Source of the DNA: an uncultured Flavobacteriaceae bacterium
GTDB lineage: Bacteria > Bacteroidota > Bacteroidia > Flavobacteriales > Flavobacteriaceae
Length of the DNA: 64,000 nt
NCBI GenBank assembly: GCA_947497245.1
Contig: CANMFO010000004.1
Coordinates: 119,759-183,758 of the forward strand
Reading direction: 5' to 3'
Part shown: positions 19,923 to 28,876 of the stretch, in pieces
Numbering within the stretch: position 1 is the first letter of the stretch
How the letters are laid out: every line of letters starts with the position of its first letter
Program-made: the position numbers and the translations under genes
The notes under the pieces: model-generated
Databases searched by the model: none
What the model was told of the DNA's origin: nothing
The model's input: the letters and a program-made list of their open reading frames with translations, nothing else

Positions 19923-21308
19923 TCATACATTGGCGGCCAAAGTGTTCTTGATCTCCCGTTGTAAATAATAGCCCGTCACCAGGGTGGCGAGTACATCGGC
20001 GATGAAAAAGGAGGTCCAGACCCCCAGTTCGCCAAAAAAATTGGGAAGGACCAAGATCAAGGGAATAAAAAAGAAACCTTGGCGGGTCAGGGTGAGCAAG
20101 AGTGCGGGCACCGCTTTGCCTATGGCTTGGAAATATGCGGCCCCGATCAACTGCAGCGCTATGATCGGTGTAGCGGCAAAGACCCAGCGCATGGCGGTCG
20201 GGGTATGTTCCAGCACAAAGGCATTGATCGCCATTTCGCTGGCGGGCATACCCGGTTTGTCGCTCAGAAAGAGGCCTGCTATTTCTGCCGGGAACAGAAA
20301 AAGCCCCACAAACACAAAACTGGCCAAAATGGCCGCATATTTAATGGCTGTATGGATGCTTTCCCGTACCCTTAGGTACTTTTGGGCCCCGTAATTGAAA
20401 CCGGCAATGGGCAAAAAGCCCTGGGTGACCCCGAAGACCGGGAAGAGCGCGAACATCAGCATGCGGCCGATAATGGCGTAAACGGCCACTAGGGCCTCTC
20501 CGCCCAGCCCGAACAGAATATTGTTCATCAAAAGGTAGACGACACTGGTGGTCGCCTGCCGGGCCAGGGTAACAAATCCCAGGGAACCGATTTCCCTTAG
20601 AATGGGCAGGTCGAGGACAAAACATTTGGGGCCGAGCTTCAACTCCGAATTTTTGGACAGGAAAAAATAGAGGATGTAGCCAAAGCAGAGCACATAGCCC
20701 ACCGTTGTGGCCCAGGCGGCCCCGTGCATGCCCCAGTCGAACACATAGATAAAGAGATAGTCCATGAACAGGTTGCCCACGGAGGGGATGATCATGGCGA
20801 CCATGGCAAACTTGGGCTTACCCTCGGCCCGGATCACTGTATTGCCCATCATACAGAGTGCCAAAAAGGGAATTCCATAGAGCACGATGGTGTAGTAAAT
20901 TTTGGCCGGTGCGAAAATACCGCCTTTTCCACCGAAGGCCGGAATCAGCGAATCGACATAGTACAGGCCAAGGGCCACCATGGAAACGGTGACCAACAAC
21001 GTAAGCGTGATCTGGTTGCCGAAGGTCTTGACCGCCTTGCCTTTGTCCTCGGCCCCCAAGGCCCTGGAAATAATACTGGAACCACCGATTCCAATGGCCA
21101 TTCCCAGTGCACCGATAAAAAAGGAAACGGGCAGTACCACATTGATGGCAGCAATGGCTATGGACCCGATCCAATTGCCGACAAAGATCGAATCGACCAG
21201 CACGTTCAGCGACATCACCAGAATGCCTATCGATGCGGGAACGGCCTGTTTCACCAACAGTTTGCCTATGGGCTCGGTACCGAGTTGTTCGGAAGAGACT
21301 TTTGCCAT
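19923..21308 (-). CDS. MATE family efflux transporter
   Basis: 461 aa with ~12 TM segments. The N-terminus PIGKLLVKQAVPASIGILVMSLNVLVDSIFVG is MATE-typical. Confidence 0.8.
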   Translation of the reverse strand: MAKVSSEQLGTEPIGKLLVKQAVPASIGILVMSLNVLVDSIFVGNWIGSIAIAAINVVLPVSFFIGALGMAIGIGGSSIISRALGAEDKGKAVKTFGNQITLTLLVTVSMVALGLYYVDSLIPAFGGKGGIFAPAKIYYTIVLYGIPFLALCMMGNTVIRAEGKPKFAMVAMIIPSVGNLFMDYLFIYVFDWGMHGAAWATTVGYVLCFGYILYFFLSKNSELKLGPKCFVLDLPILREIGSLGFVTLARQATTSVVYLLMNNILFGLGGEALVAVYAIIGRMLMFALFPVFGVTQGFLPIAGFNYGAQKYLRVRESIHTAIKYAAILASFVFVGLFLFPAEIAGLFLSDKPGMPASEMAINAFVLEHTPTAMRWVFAATPIIALQLIGAAYFQAIGKAVPALLLTLTRQGFFFIPLILVLPNFFGELGVWTSFFIADVLATLVTGYYLQREIKNTLAANV

Positions 21309-21374
21309 TTGTTTTGAATTGTCGATTTACGATCGCCGGTACGCGGCGCGGAACGATCCGTTGTTTCGGAACGG

Positions 21375-22406
21375 CTAGGCCGGCAGGGCCCCGGTGGCCC
21401 CCCACTCGTTCACCCAGTCGGCCATGGCCCTTACCCAGGTATCACTGTCGTTCAAACAGGGTATGTGCCGGTACTGCTCGCCACCGGCCTCCTTGAATTG
21501 TTCCATGCCCTCCATGGCGATCTCCTCCAGCGTTTCCAGGCAATCGCTTACAAAGGCGGGCGTGATCACCACCAAGCGCTTTATGCCCTCCTTGGCCAAG
21601 CGTTCGAACTCAAAATCGGTATACGGTTTCAACCATGGGTCGCCCGCAAGGCGCGATTGGAAGGAGCTGCTCACCTTGTCCCCGGGGAGCCCCAAACGGG
21701 CCTTCACCAGTTCCGTGGTCCGGTATACCTGATGACGGTAACAGGTATTGTGGGCCACCGAGTTGGTACTGCAGCAGCTGCCGTCTATCTTGCAATGGTA
21801 TCGGGTGGGATCGCTCTTTTTGATATGCCGTTCCGGGATCCCGTGGTAGGAGAACAGGATATGGTCGTATTCAAAATCCCTTAGGCCTTCCGCTATGCTG
21901 TCGGAAAGGGCCTTGACATAGGCCTCGTTCTTGTAGAAGGCGGGAAGTGTGGTCAGCTTCATCTCCGGAAAATGTTTTTGCCGCTCTTCCATCGTTTTGA
22001 CCACCACGGTCTCGTAGGACGACATGGCATAGTGGGGATACAGCGGCACCAACAGCACATCATCGGCCCCTTTTTCCTTCAGTTCCCGTAGCGCCTTCCC
22101 AATGGTCATGCTGCCATAGCGCATCCCGAGGGCCACGGGCATATCGGTCTGCTGTCCCAGCTTCGCGGCAAAACGTTCGGAGATGACCACAAGTGGCGAT
22201 CCTTCGTCCCACCAGATTTTGGCATAGGCCCGGGCCGATTTTTTGGGACGGGTCTGCAGGATAATGCCCCGCACCAACAGATTGCGCAATAGGGGCGGTA
22301 CGTCGATGACCCGTTCGTCCATCAAGAATTCATCGAGATAGGGCTTCACGTCCTTGGCGGTGGGGCTGTCCGGGGAACCCAGGTTTACAAGCAATATTCC
22401 TTTCAT
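21375..22406 (-). CDS. hemH: ferrochelatase
   Basis: Starts MKGILLVNLGSPDSPTAKDVKPYLDEFL; also contains LFSYHGIPERH and VITPAFVSDCLETLEEI. ATG at 22406 is preferred over the longer ORF-track start. Confidence 0.85.
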   Translation of the reverse strand: MKGILLVNLGSPDSPTAKDVKPYLDEFLMDERVIDVPPLLRNLLVRGIILQTRPKKSARAYAKIWWDEGSPLVVISERFAAKLGQQTDMPVALGMRYGSMTIGKALRELKEKGADDVLLVPLYPHYAMSSYETVVVKTMEERQKHFPEMKLTTLPAFYKNEAYVKALSDSIAEGLRDFEYDHILFSYHGIPERHIKKSDPTRYHCKIDGSCCSTNSVAHNTCYRHQVYRTTELVKARLGLPGDKVSSSFQSRLAGDPWLKPYTDFEFERLAKEGIKRLVVITPAFVSDCLETLEEIAMEGMEQFKEAGGEQYRHIPCLNDSDTWVRAMADWVNEWGATGALPA

Positions 22407-22749
22407 GGGGAGCAATTTTTGCCGTTGACGCCCGGGAAGACCGGGCATATCATTAAAATCAGTTGCAAAAATAAGGCTTGAAAGGTTTCTGACGGTAGGT
22501 TTGCCCAAATACTTTTCCGATGGGGATATAGAGGAGATCGATGGGGCATGGTCCCTTGACCACAGCGCTGGATTTTTTATACGGGGCCGCGGAGGGCCAA
22601 AAAAAGGGCCTTTTAAAAAATATGGAGCCCTAAAAGGCGTTATACGAAGGACCCTTATACTTTTTTAACGGAATATAGGGAGTGGAATAGGGCGATGAAG
22701 CCTTTATTTTGTAGAACAAACCTTTAAGCCAAACAACCAGGACCCGTTT

Positions 22750-25700
22750 ATGCGCAGCCTAGCCATCCTTCTCTTGTTAGCCGGCACCCATACGGCCATG
22801 GGCCAAGAGGCCAATAGCCTGCTTTGGGAGGTTTCGGGGAACGGCCTTTCCCAAAGTTCGTACCTCTACGGTACCATGCACGTGAGCAAACGTATTGCCT
22901 TTCGTTTGGACGATGTGTTCTACGAGGCCCTGGACCAAAGTGAAGTGGTGGCCCTGGAGTCCGACCCGGGCACCTGGCTCGAGAACGGCGATCTTATGGG
23001 CTTTATGGGATACGGCCGCGGCAAAGGGTTCTATTCCAAGGGCTTTTATAGCCGCCCCTTTGCGGTGAAAAACCCGCGAAAGGAGGAAATGGCGGCCTAC
23101 CTGGCCTTCGACGACAGCCGCGTGAACGGTATTCTGTACCGCAGCAATGAGAATTCCCAGAATTTTGAGGAAGAGACCTACCTGGACATGTTCATCTACC
23201 AGTCCGGCAAAAAGTTCGGAAAGCCCGTACTGGCCCTGGAAGACCTGGAGGAGTCCGCGGCCCTGGTAGGACGCGCCAGTCTGAACCCGATGAAGCAAAA
23301 GCCGGATGAATGGCTCCAAAAAAAAATGCAGCAGCAAGATTTTATGAGCTTGTTGCAGGATGCCTATCGCGATCGCAACATCAACCTTCTCGATTCCATC
23401 GATAAGGGGATGTACACCGATCACTATCTGGAGAACATGCTCTTCATACGCAACCGGAACATGGCCGAACGGTTGGATTCGGTAATCCGGACCGCAAGGA
23501 CCTTTACCGGTATCGGTGCGGCACACCTGCCCGGAAAGAAAGGCGTCATTGCCATGTTGCGGAACATGGGCTATACCGTAGAGCCCTTGTTGTCCAGGGC
23601 GACCTCGAAAGGAAGAAGGATCAAGGAGAAACTGGAACGGTACATCAGGGAAAACGAGTACAGCGCCATGGGTCCGGACGATGACTTTTTTAAGGTCGCC
23701 CTGCCCAATAAGCTCTATCCCGTGTCGGAGGCCCCCAATACGGTCTACGTGTCCCCCGATCTGGCCAACGGCAGCTACGTGATGGTCAACCGTATCCCCA
23801 CCTTCGCCCATCTGAAACGGGAATCGGTCTTTGGCCTGGACGATTTGGACGGCATGCTGTTCGAGAACATCCCGGGAAAGATCCTGGAGAAGGTCCGGTT
23901 CGAGCGAAACGGTTTTACCGGGATCGATATCAAGAACCAACTGAAGAACGGCGACCACCAGCGCTACCATATCTATGTGACCCCCTTGGAGATCCTTATT
24001 TTCAAGATGGGCGGTGATGGGGATTATGTGGTACAGCATTCCGATACCATTTTTAACAGCATCGAATTCAAAAAGCTGGGCAAGGGAAAGGTGACCGTAA
24101 CTTCGGGCCATGGCGATTTTGAGGTGCGGATGCCCTCCCTCCACAGTTTTACCAACCGTTCGAGGCCCGGCGACCGCTTGGTACAGGGATATGATTCCAT
24201 TTCGGACAGCTATTACTTCCTGCGGAAGAGCACCCTGAACGATTTCAATCATGTGGAGGAGGACACCTTTGAACTGAAACAGGTACAGAAACGGTTCTAC
24301 CAGGACCTGAAACTGAAGCCGGTGTACGATGGGTTCAAAGGAACTTCGCTCACCTCAAGGGCGATGATGGATTCGCTTACGGGGAAGCAGCTGCACCTGA
24401 GATCTACCTTCAAACGGGGCGATTACTATCTGATGGGGGTGGTGACCCGGGACGATACCGAGGCCGGGACCTATTTCGATTCCTTCAAGATAAAACCAAC
24501 AGAATATGCCGAAACCTTTGAAAAGGTGATCGACACGGCCCTGTTCTTCAGCACGCTAAGCACGGTCAAACCGCCCAAGTTCGTGGAGAACAGCAATATG
24601 TACCTCAACGGCCGCAACCGGCCCAAACCCTACAATGCCTATAACAAAAAAACGGTGTACCAGAACGGGAACAACGAGGCGGTGACCGTGGAGCTCAACA
24701 AATCGCACGATTTTATGATGTTCCCTGGCATCGATTCGGTCTGGGCCCTGCGGAAAAAGCTGTACGCCCAAAAGCGGTTCCTGATACGTGGGGAACGGGA
24801 CAGCAGCTACGCGGACGGGCACCACGAGCTGGAACTTACCCTGACCGATACGGCGACCTCGCGCGGGATATTGATCAAAAACGTACTGCGGGGCGGACTG
24901 CTGTACGAACTCAAGGCACAGGTAGATACCCTGGAGGCCCCCAGCCCCTTTGTCACGGCATTTTTTGACAACTTCAAGCTTTTGGACACCCTGATCGGAA
25001 AGGACATCCTGACCGACAGGACCCCTGATTTTTTCCGGGCCCTTCGAAAGAACGACAGTATACTGGGCAGTGGCTTGAACTTCATCCATTTTGAAAGAAA
25101 ACATGTGGACTCGCTGAAGCATTACATCGCCAATTTCGAATATCCGGAAGACAAAAAATACCTGCAGGCCCACCTCATCTCAAAATTGGGCCAGATCGAG
25201 GACCCACAAGTGGTGCCCTTCTTAAGATCGTTCTACGGCCGTTCGTACAACAATTCGGGTGCCCAGACCAAAATTTTGCAGGCGGTGAGCTGCAAGTCCG
25301 ATGAGGCCTCGGCCGCCCTTTTGCTGGAACTGTTGGCGAAGGACCTGCCGCTGGTATCGAACACCCTGGAGATCAACAAGATCTTCAGGCCCTATCTGGA
25401 CAGCCTCCCGCTGGCAAAAAAATTGTATCCAGAGCTGTTGGACTACAGTACCATCGAGGAATACAAATCGCCCATTTTTTCCATTTTGGCCAAGCTGCAG
25501 GCCAAGGGGCTGGCCAAACCGGGGAGCTATAAAAAGTACCGCAGGCAGATCCTGAACGATGCCAAGATCCAGCTCAAAAGGGAACTGGGCAGCAGCAGGG
25601 ATGCCACCACCGACGCCAACTACTACAACAATTCCCGAAAGACCCGGGGCAGGGTACTGGAAGATTACGCCATTTTGCTCTACCCGTTCAGAAAGGACAA

Positions 25701-26274
25701 AAACGTGCGGCAGTTCTTCGACCGGCTGCTATTGGTCAAGGACCGGCGCATACGAACCACCTATGCCATGTTGGTGGCCAAGGAGGGCGGCCCCGTGCCC
25801 GATGGAATGTTCCGGGAGCTGGCAGGCGATATCAACAGTAGGGCCATGTTGTTCAATAAACTGAAGCGCATCAAAAAATCGTACCTGTTCCCATCGGAAT
25901 TCCGGAACCCCCGGTTTTTGGCCGAATCGTCGCTCTATGCGAAGGGCCGTTTCAACGAAAAGCAGGATTCGCTCCAATTTATCGGACAGCGGCCCCTGCG
26001 GTACCGCGGGAAAGCGCTGACCGGCTATTACTTCAAGACCCGTGACAACGAAAACTACGATGGCAACTTCAATATCAACCTGGTCGTTTTTGAAAACGGA
26101 AAGGGGTTGACCACCAAGCCGTACTACAAGAAAGAGGGGGTGCGCATCGAGGACACCGACACCGATGCCGAGGCGATCGGGTTCGTGACCGAAGAGTTCC
26201 TTCTAAAGGACCGGCCCCGGGCCGAGGTGTACCGTCCCAATGCCTATGGCGGCTATGGGTTTCATGGGTACTAG
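22750..26274 (+). CDS. TraB/GumN-family domain protein with a ~850-aa C-terminal extension (1174 aa)
   Basis: Signal peptide, then LLWEVSGNGLSQSSYLYGTMHV and GAAHLPG, which mark TraB/GumN. I cannot assign the rest of the protein. Confidence 0.6.
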   Translation: MRSLAILLLLAGTHTAMGQEANSLLWEVSGNGLSQSSYLYGTMHVSKRIAFRLDDVFYEALDQSEVVALESDPGTWLENGDLMGFMGYGRGKGFYSKGFYSRPFAVKNPRKEEMAAYLAFDDSRVNGILYRSNENSQNFEEETYLDMFIYQSGKKFGKPVLALEDLEESAALVGRASLNPMKQKPDEWLQKKMQQQDFMSLLQDAYRDRNINLLDSIDKGMYTDHYLENMLFIRNRNMAERLDSVIRTARTFTGIGAAHLPGKKGVIAMLRNMGYTVEPLLSRATSKGRRIKEKLERYIRENEYSAMGPDDDFFKVALPNKLYPVSEAPNTVYVSPDLANGSYVMVNRIPTFAHLKRESVFGLDDLDGMLFENIPGKILEKVRFERNGFTGIDIKNQLKNGDHQRYHIYVTPLEILIFKMGGDGDYVVQHSDTIFNSIEFKKLGKGKVTVTSGHGDFEVRMPSLHSFTNRSRPGDRLVQGYDSISDSYYFLRKSTLNDFNHVEEDTFELKQVQKRFYQDLKLKPVYDGFKGTSLTSRAMMDSLTGKQLHLRSTFKRGDYYLMGVVTRDDTEAGTYFDSFKIKPTEYAETFEKVIDTALFFSTLSTVKPPKFVENSNMYLNGRNRPKPYNAYNKKTVYQNGNNEAVTVELNKSHDFMMFPGIDSVWALRKKLYAQKRFLIRGERDSSYADGHHELELTLTDTATSRGILIKNVLRGGLLYELKAQVDTLEAPSPFVTAFFDNFKLLDTLIGKDILTDRTPDFFRALRKNDSILGSGLNFIHFERKHVDSLKHYIANFEYPEDKKYLQAHLISKLGQIEDPQVVPFLRSFYGRSYNNSGAQTKILQAVSCKSDEASAALLLELLAKDLPLVSNTLEINKIFRPYLDSLPLAKKLYPELLDYSTIEEYKSPIFSILAKLQAKGLAKPGSYKKYRRQILNDAKIQLKRELGSSRDATTDANYYNNSRKTRGRVLEDYAILLYPFRKDKNVRQFFDRLLLVKDRRIRTTYAMLVAKEGGPVPDGMFRELAGDINSRAMLFNKLKRIKKSYLFPSEFRNPRFLAESSLYAKGRFNEKQDSLQFIGQRPLRYRGKALTGYYFKTRDNENYDGNFNINLVVFENGKGLTTKPYYKKEGVRIEDTDTDAEAIGFVTEEFLLKDRPRAEVYRPNAYGGYGFHGY

Positions 26275-26315
26275 GCATGCCCATCGCTCCCCGGCCCCTT
26301 AAGAAGGCGTCCACT

Positions 26316-26513
26316 GATTTTCAAAAGCACTTCCGCCCATTGTCAAGAAGACTTTCAGTGATTATCAAGAGGACATTCAGCGATTGTCAAGAAGACTTTC
26401 AGTGATTATCAAGAAGACATTCAGCGATTGTCAAGAAGACTTTCAGTGATTATCAAGAAGACATTCGGCGATTGTCAAGAAGACTTTCAGCGATTATCAA
26501 GAAAACTTAGAGG
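26316..26513. repeat. tandem array of nine 22-bp units with strictly alternating A/B variants (44-bp higher-order unit x4)
   Basis: A is GATTGTCAAGAAGACTTTCAGT and B is GATTATCAAGAAGACATTCAGC (19/22 identical). Units begin at 26316 (degenerate), 26338, 26360, 26382, 26404, 26426, 26448, 26470 and 26492 (degenerate). There are no spacers. Confidence 0.95.
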
Positions 26514-26627
26514 GAGACTTTGAAAAAAAGCTCCCTAAGGCTACCTTGGGGCAAAACAAATCTTTGGCGGACCTTCACCCAAGGAGCTTGCCCCAAAGCT
26601 CCCAAGTGGGCGAAAGATCTCTTTTTG

Positions 26628-28310
26628 TCACTGGTCCACGGCAGTCTTCAAGCTGTCCGGAACTGTCTGTGGAACGGGGGTGGGCAAGGAATCCGCCGCA
26701 ATACTGTCGAGCAGTTGTACGGGCCGCATATCGCTATCTTGTTTCAAGGGATAAAGGTCGCTGTCGGACAGCCGCTCCGAAGCCTTCCAGGTCTCTCCCA
26801 ATTGGTGCAGTATGGTCGCCGTCCATTGCGAGGGATGCTTGGCATCGATCCATATCACATCGCGGTACTCGGCATCGACCAGGGCCAGGTCGGGGGTGGC
26901 GGCACCATCGAACTGCTTGCTGCTATCGCGGACCGCGGCGACCGTGCCGAGGACGAACAGGCGTTTTTTTCCGGCGATGTATTTGATGAAGGGCCGGAAC
27001 TCGACCGGTCTGTTGGCCGACCAATCGTACTCTTTTCTCGATTCCACGACCTTCAAGGGCATGGCGGAAACCCCTGCAAAACCTTCCTTTTTGGCAGAAT
27101 GGTTATAGTAGTACAGTTTGTCGGTACCATCTGCGGGCACCATGACGCTAAAGGCCAAACTGGTGCGCTCGTCGCCGATGGGCTCCAGCCCGAACCAATG
27201 GTAGAGCCCATTGAGGGCACTGACCTTCATCCCATCGAAATCGAAATCGGTGACATAGGGCTGCTGGTTCTGGTCCTCGGGCAGTTCGGGGATCTTCACC
27301 GCCGTCTTCATGTTCCAGGGCAAGGGGTCGGTAAAGCCGCCCAGAAACTGGAGCGACTGCGCCTGGATCCGCGATATTTTCTCCGCCAGGGTGTTCTGTC
27401 CCTTGAGGTAGGGGTGGTCCTTGATCTCGGATCGCGGGATATAGGTGCCCTTTCCAATGGTGACGCGCTCCAGATAGTCCCCAAGGTCGTGCTCCCCCGC
27501 ATCGATGACCATTACCCCGCCGTAGGTCGGGTAGGGGAAGAAGAACCCCTGCCACTTGATGAGGTTGACCACCTGCACCCACTTGCCCGTGTCGTTTTTC
27601 ATATAGAACACATCACTGGGTTCCATGGTGAACAGTTGAAAAAGGTTGAAGCGCTGTACCACGGCGTTGTAGGTGTTGCGGCTGAAGGCCAGGGATTCGC
27701 CAATGGAAAAGGTGACCGGGACCCTATTTTCGTTGGAGAACCTGGGGAACGGGGAGGTGCTCTCCACGGTAAAGATCTCCTCGCTGTTGTCGCTCATGCG
27801 CTGCCAGGTATACTCCTTGGCGGGCTGTACGGCCATGGTCCATTGGTTACTGCCATCGAGCCGTACCAATTGTGGCAGGGAAACTTCCTGAGTTTCGCCA
27901 ATGGATTCGTAGGCCATGGTGACGATATTGTTGAAGGGCTGGATCCGCTCGTTCCGGGTGAGGGGCAGCTCGTCCAGTTCTACCAGGTCCAGATTCCTGT
28001 AAACGTTATAGGTCTGCATGTACTGGTAGAGGTTCAGTTTCCATCCGAAGAACCAGAGCGTGACAAAGAAGGCCGCCATACCGGCCAAGATCAACACCCT
28101 TTTGCCCGCCCCCACCGCATTCCTAAATTTGGACAGGGCGAACCAAAGAAAGCCCGTGGCCAACAACAGGACAAAGCAGTACTTTCTCAAGAACAGCAAC
28201 GCGGGCTGGTAGTCGTCCCTAAGAAAGAAGAGCAGCAGCAACAGCACAATACCACCAACGGTGATGATACGCTTCTGTTTTTTTCCCTTTCGCCAGTATG
28301 TCTTGATCAT
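26628..28310 (-). CDS. membrane protein: 3 N-terminal TM helices plus a ~440-aa predicted extracytoplasmic domain, unassigned
   Basis: Lys/Arg-rich N-terminus (MIKTYWRKGKKQKR), then three hydrophobic helices and a large domain of normal composition. It is the last gene of the AAA cluster. Confidence 0.7.
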   Translation of the reverse strand: MIKTYWRKGKKQKRIITVGGIVLLLLLFFLRDDYQPALLFLRKYCFVLLLATGFLWFALSKFRNAVGAGKRVLILAGMAAFFVTLWFFGWKLNLYQYMQTYNVYRNLDLVELDELPLTRNERIQPFNNIVTMAYESIGETQEVSLPQLVRLDGSNQWTMAVQPAKEYTWQRMSDNSEEIFTVESTSPFPRFSNENRVPVTFSIGESLAFSRNTYNAVVQRFNLFQLFTMEPSDVFYMKNDTGKWVQVVNLIKWQGFFFPYPTYGGVMVIDAGEHDLGDYLERVTIGKGTYIPRSEIKDHPYLKGQNTLAEKISRIQAQSLQFLGGFTDPLPWNMKTAVKIPELPEDQNQQPYVTDFDFDGMKVSALNGLYHWFGLEPIGDERTSLAFSVMVPADGTDKLYYYNHSAKKEGFAGVSAMPLKVVESRKEYDWSANRPVEFRPFIKYIAGKKRLFVLGTVAAVRDSSKQFDGAATPDLALVDAEYRDVIWIDAKHPSQWTATILHQLGETWKASERLSDSDLYPLKQDSDMRPVQLLDSIAADSLPTPVPQTVPDSLKTAVDQ

Positions 28311-28348
28311 TTTTTTGATGTTTTAGGAGCTGTTCCATATGTTTTATG

Positions 28349-28876
28349 CTACTTGATCATACCCTTGTCCTTCAGCCGGTCCCTGGCCGATTTGGGGGGG
28401 TCGGCCCCGGCCTCGATCTTCCCGGCCTCCGGTGCGTCCCCTATTTTCTGGGCAGGGGCCTCTTTTTCATCGCCCTCGGCCAGGTCTTCGAGAAGTTCCC
28501 TACCCTTGTCGAACGCTTTTTCAAGGTTTTCCCTGCTGGCGCCGTCCTTGGCCAGAATAAAGGCGGAGGCCACGTAGGTGCCGATAAGCGTGCCCACGAT
28601 GGCGGAGGCGAAATATTGGACAAAGAACATGTTGATCGGCGTGACAAAGGTGACCACCGCCGCCCCCAACGAGAAGAGCAGCGTGACCCATACCAGGCGC
28701 AGCAGGAAGGCCTGCCGGTGCACAAAGCCTTTTTGGTCCTCGGGTTTCATCTGCAGTTCCCTCGAATGGGTGATCTTGTTCGCCAGGCGATACAGCTTGT
28801 TGCTTTTGGATTCCCTCCAATACCATACGATCCCGAAGAGGATGGCAAGGACAAATACGATGATTTCCAGTGTCAT
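28349..28876 (-). CDS. small 3-TM membrane protein with a charged C-terminal tail, unassigned
   Basis: 175 aa with three hydrophobic helices and the tail ...LAEGDEKEAPAQKIGDAPEAGKIEAGADPPKSARDRLKDKGMIK. Its ATG overlaps the upstream stop (ATGA at 28873-28876). Confidence 0.65.
   Translation of the reverse strand: MTLEIIVFVLAILFGIVWYWRESKSNKLYRLANKITHSRELQMKPEDQKGFVHRQAFLLRLVWVTLLFSLGAAVVTFVTPINMFFVQYFASAIVGTLIGTYVASAFILAKDGASRENLEKAFDKGRELLEDLAEGDEKEAPAQKIGDAPEAGKIEAGADPPKSARDRLKDKGMIK

Noticed and set aside
22777-24252. 491-aa minus-strand ORF inside the TraB/GumN gene
   Set aside because: It is antisense to a gene with recognisable family motifs and a signal peptide. Its composition is biased (many G/H/V/Q/L) with no motifs or start context. 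It is a shadow ORF.
26316-26513. Tandem array considered as a CRISPR locus
   Set aside because: The repeats are contiguous with no unique spacers, the 22-bp unit is shorter than typical CRISPR repeats, and no cas genes are in the window.
26316-26513. Four minus-strand TTGACA-N18-GATAAT units considered as real stacked promoters
   Set aside because: The host appears to be Bacteroidota, whose primary sigma factor uses TTG/TAnnTTTG. These units would also fire antisense into the 3' end of the TraB/GumN gene. I keep this as an observation under the repeat finding, not as an annotated promoter.
26520-28577. 685-aa plus-strand ORF, the longest ORF in this region
   Set aside because: It lies antisense to the 560-aa and 175-aa minus-strand genes. 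Its translation is Gly/Val/His/Gln/Pro-rich and low in complexity (GGGGTIELL, QQQQHN...) with no structure-like pattern. The minus-strand products have clean TM helices, normal composition and operon-style junctions. I treat it as a shadow ORF.
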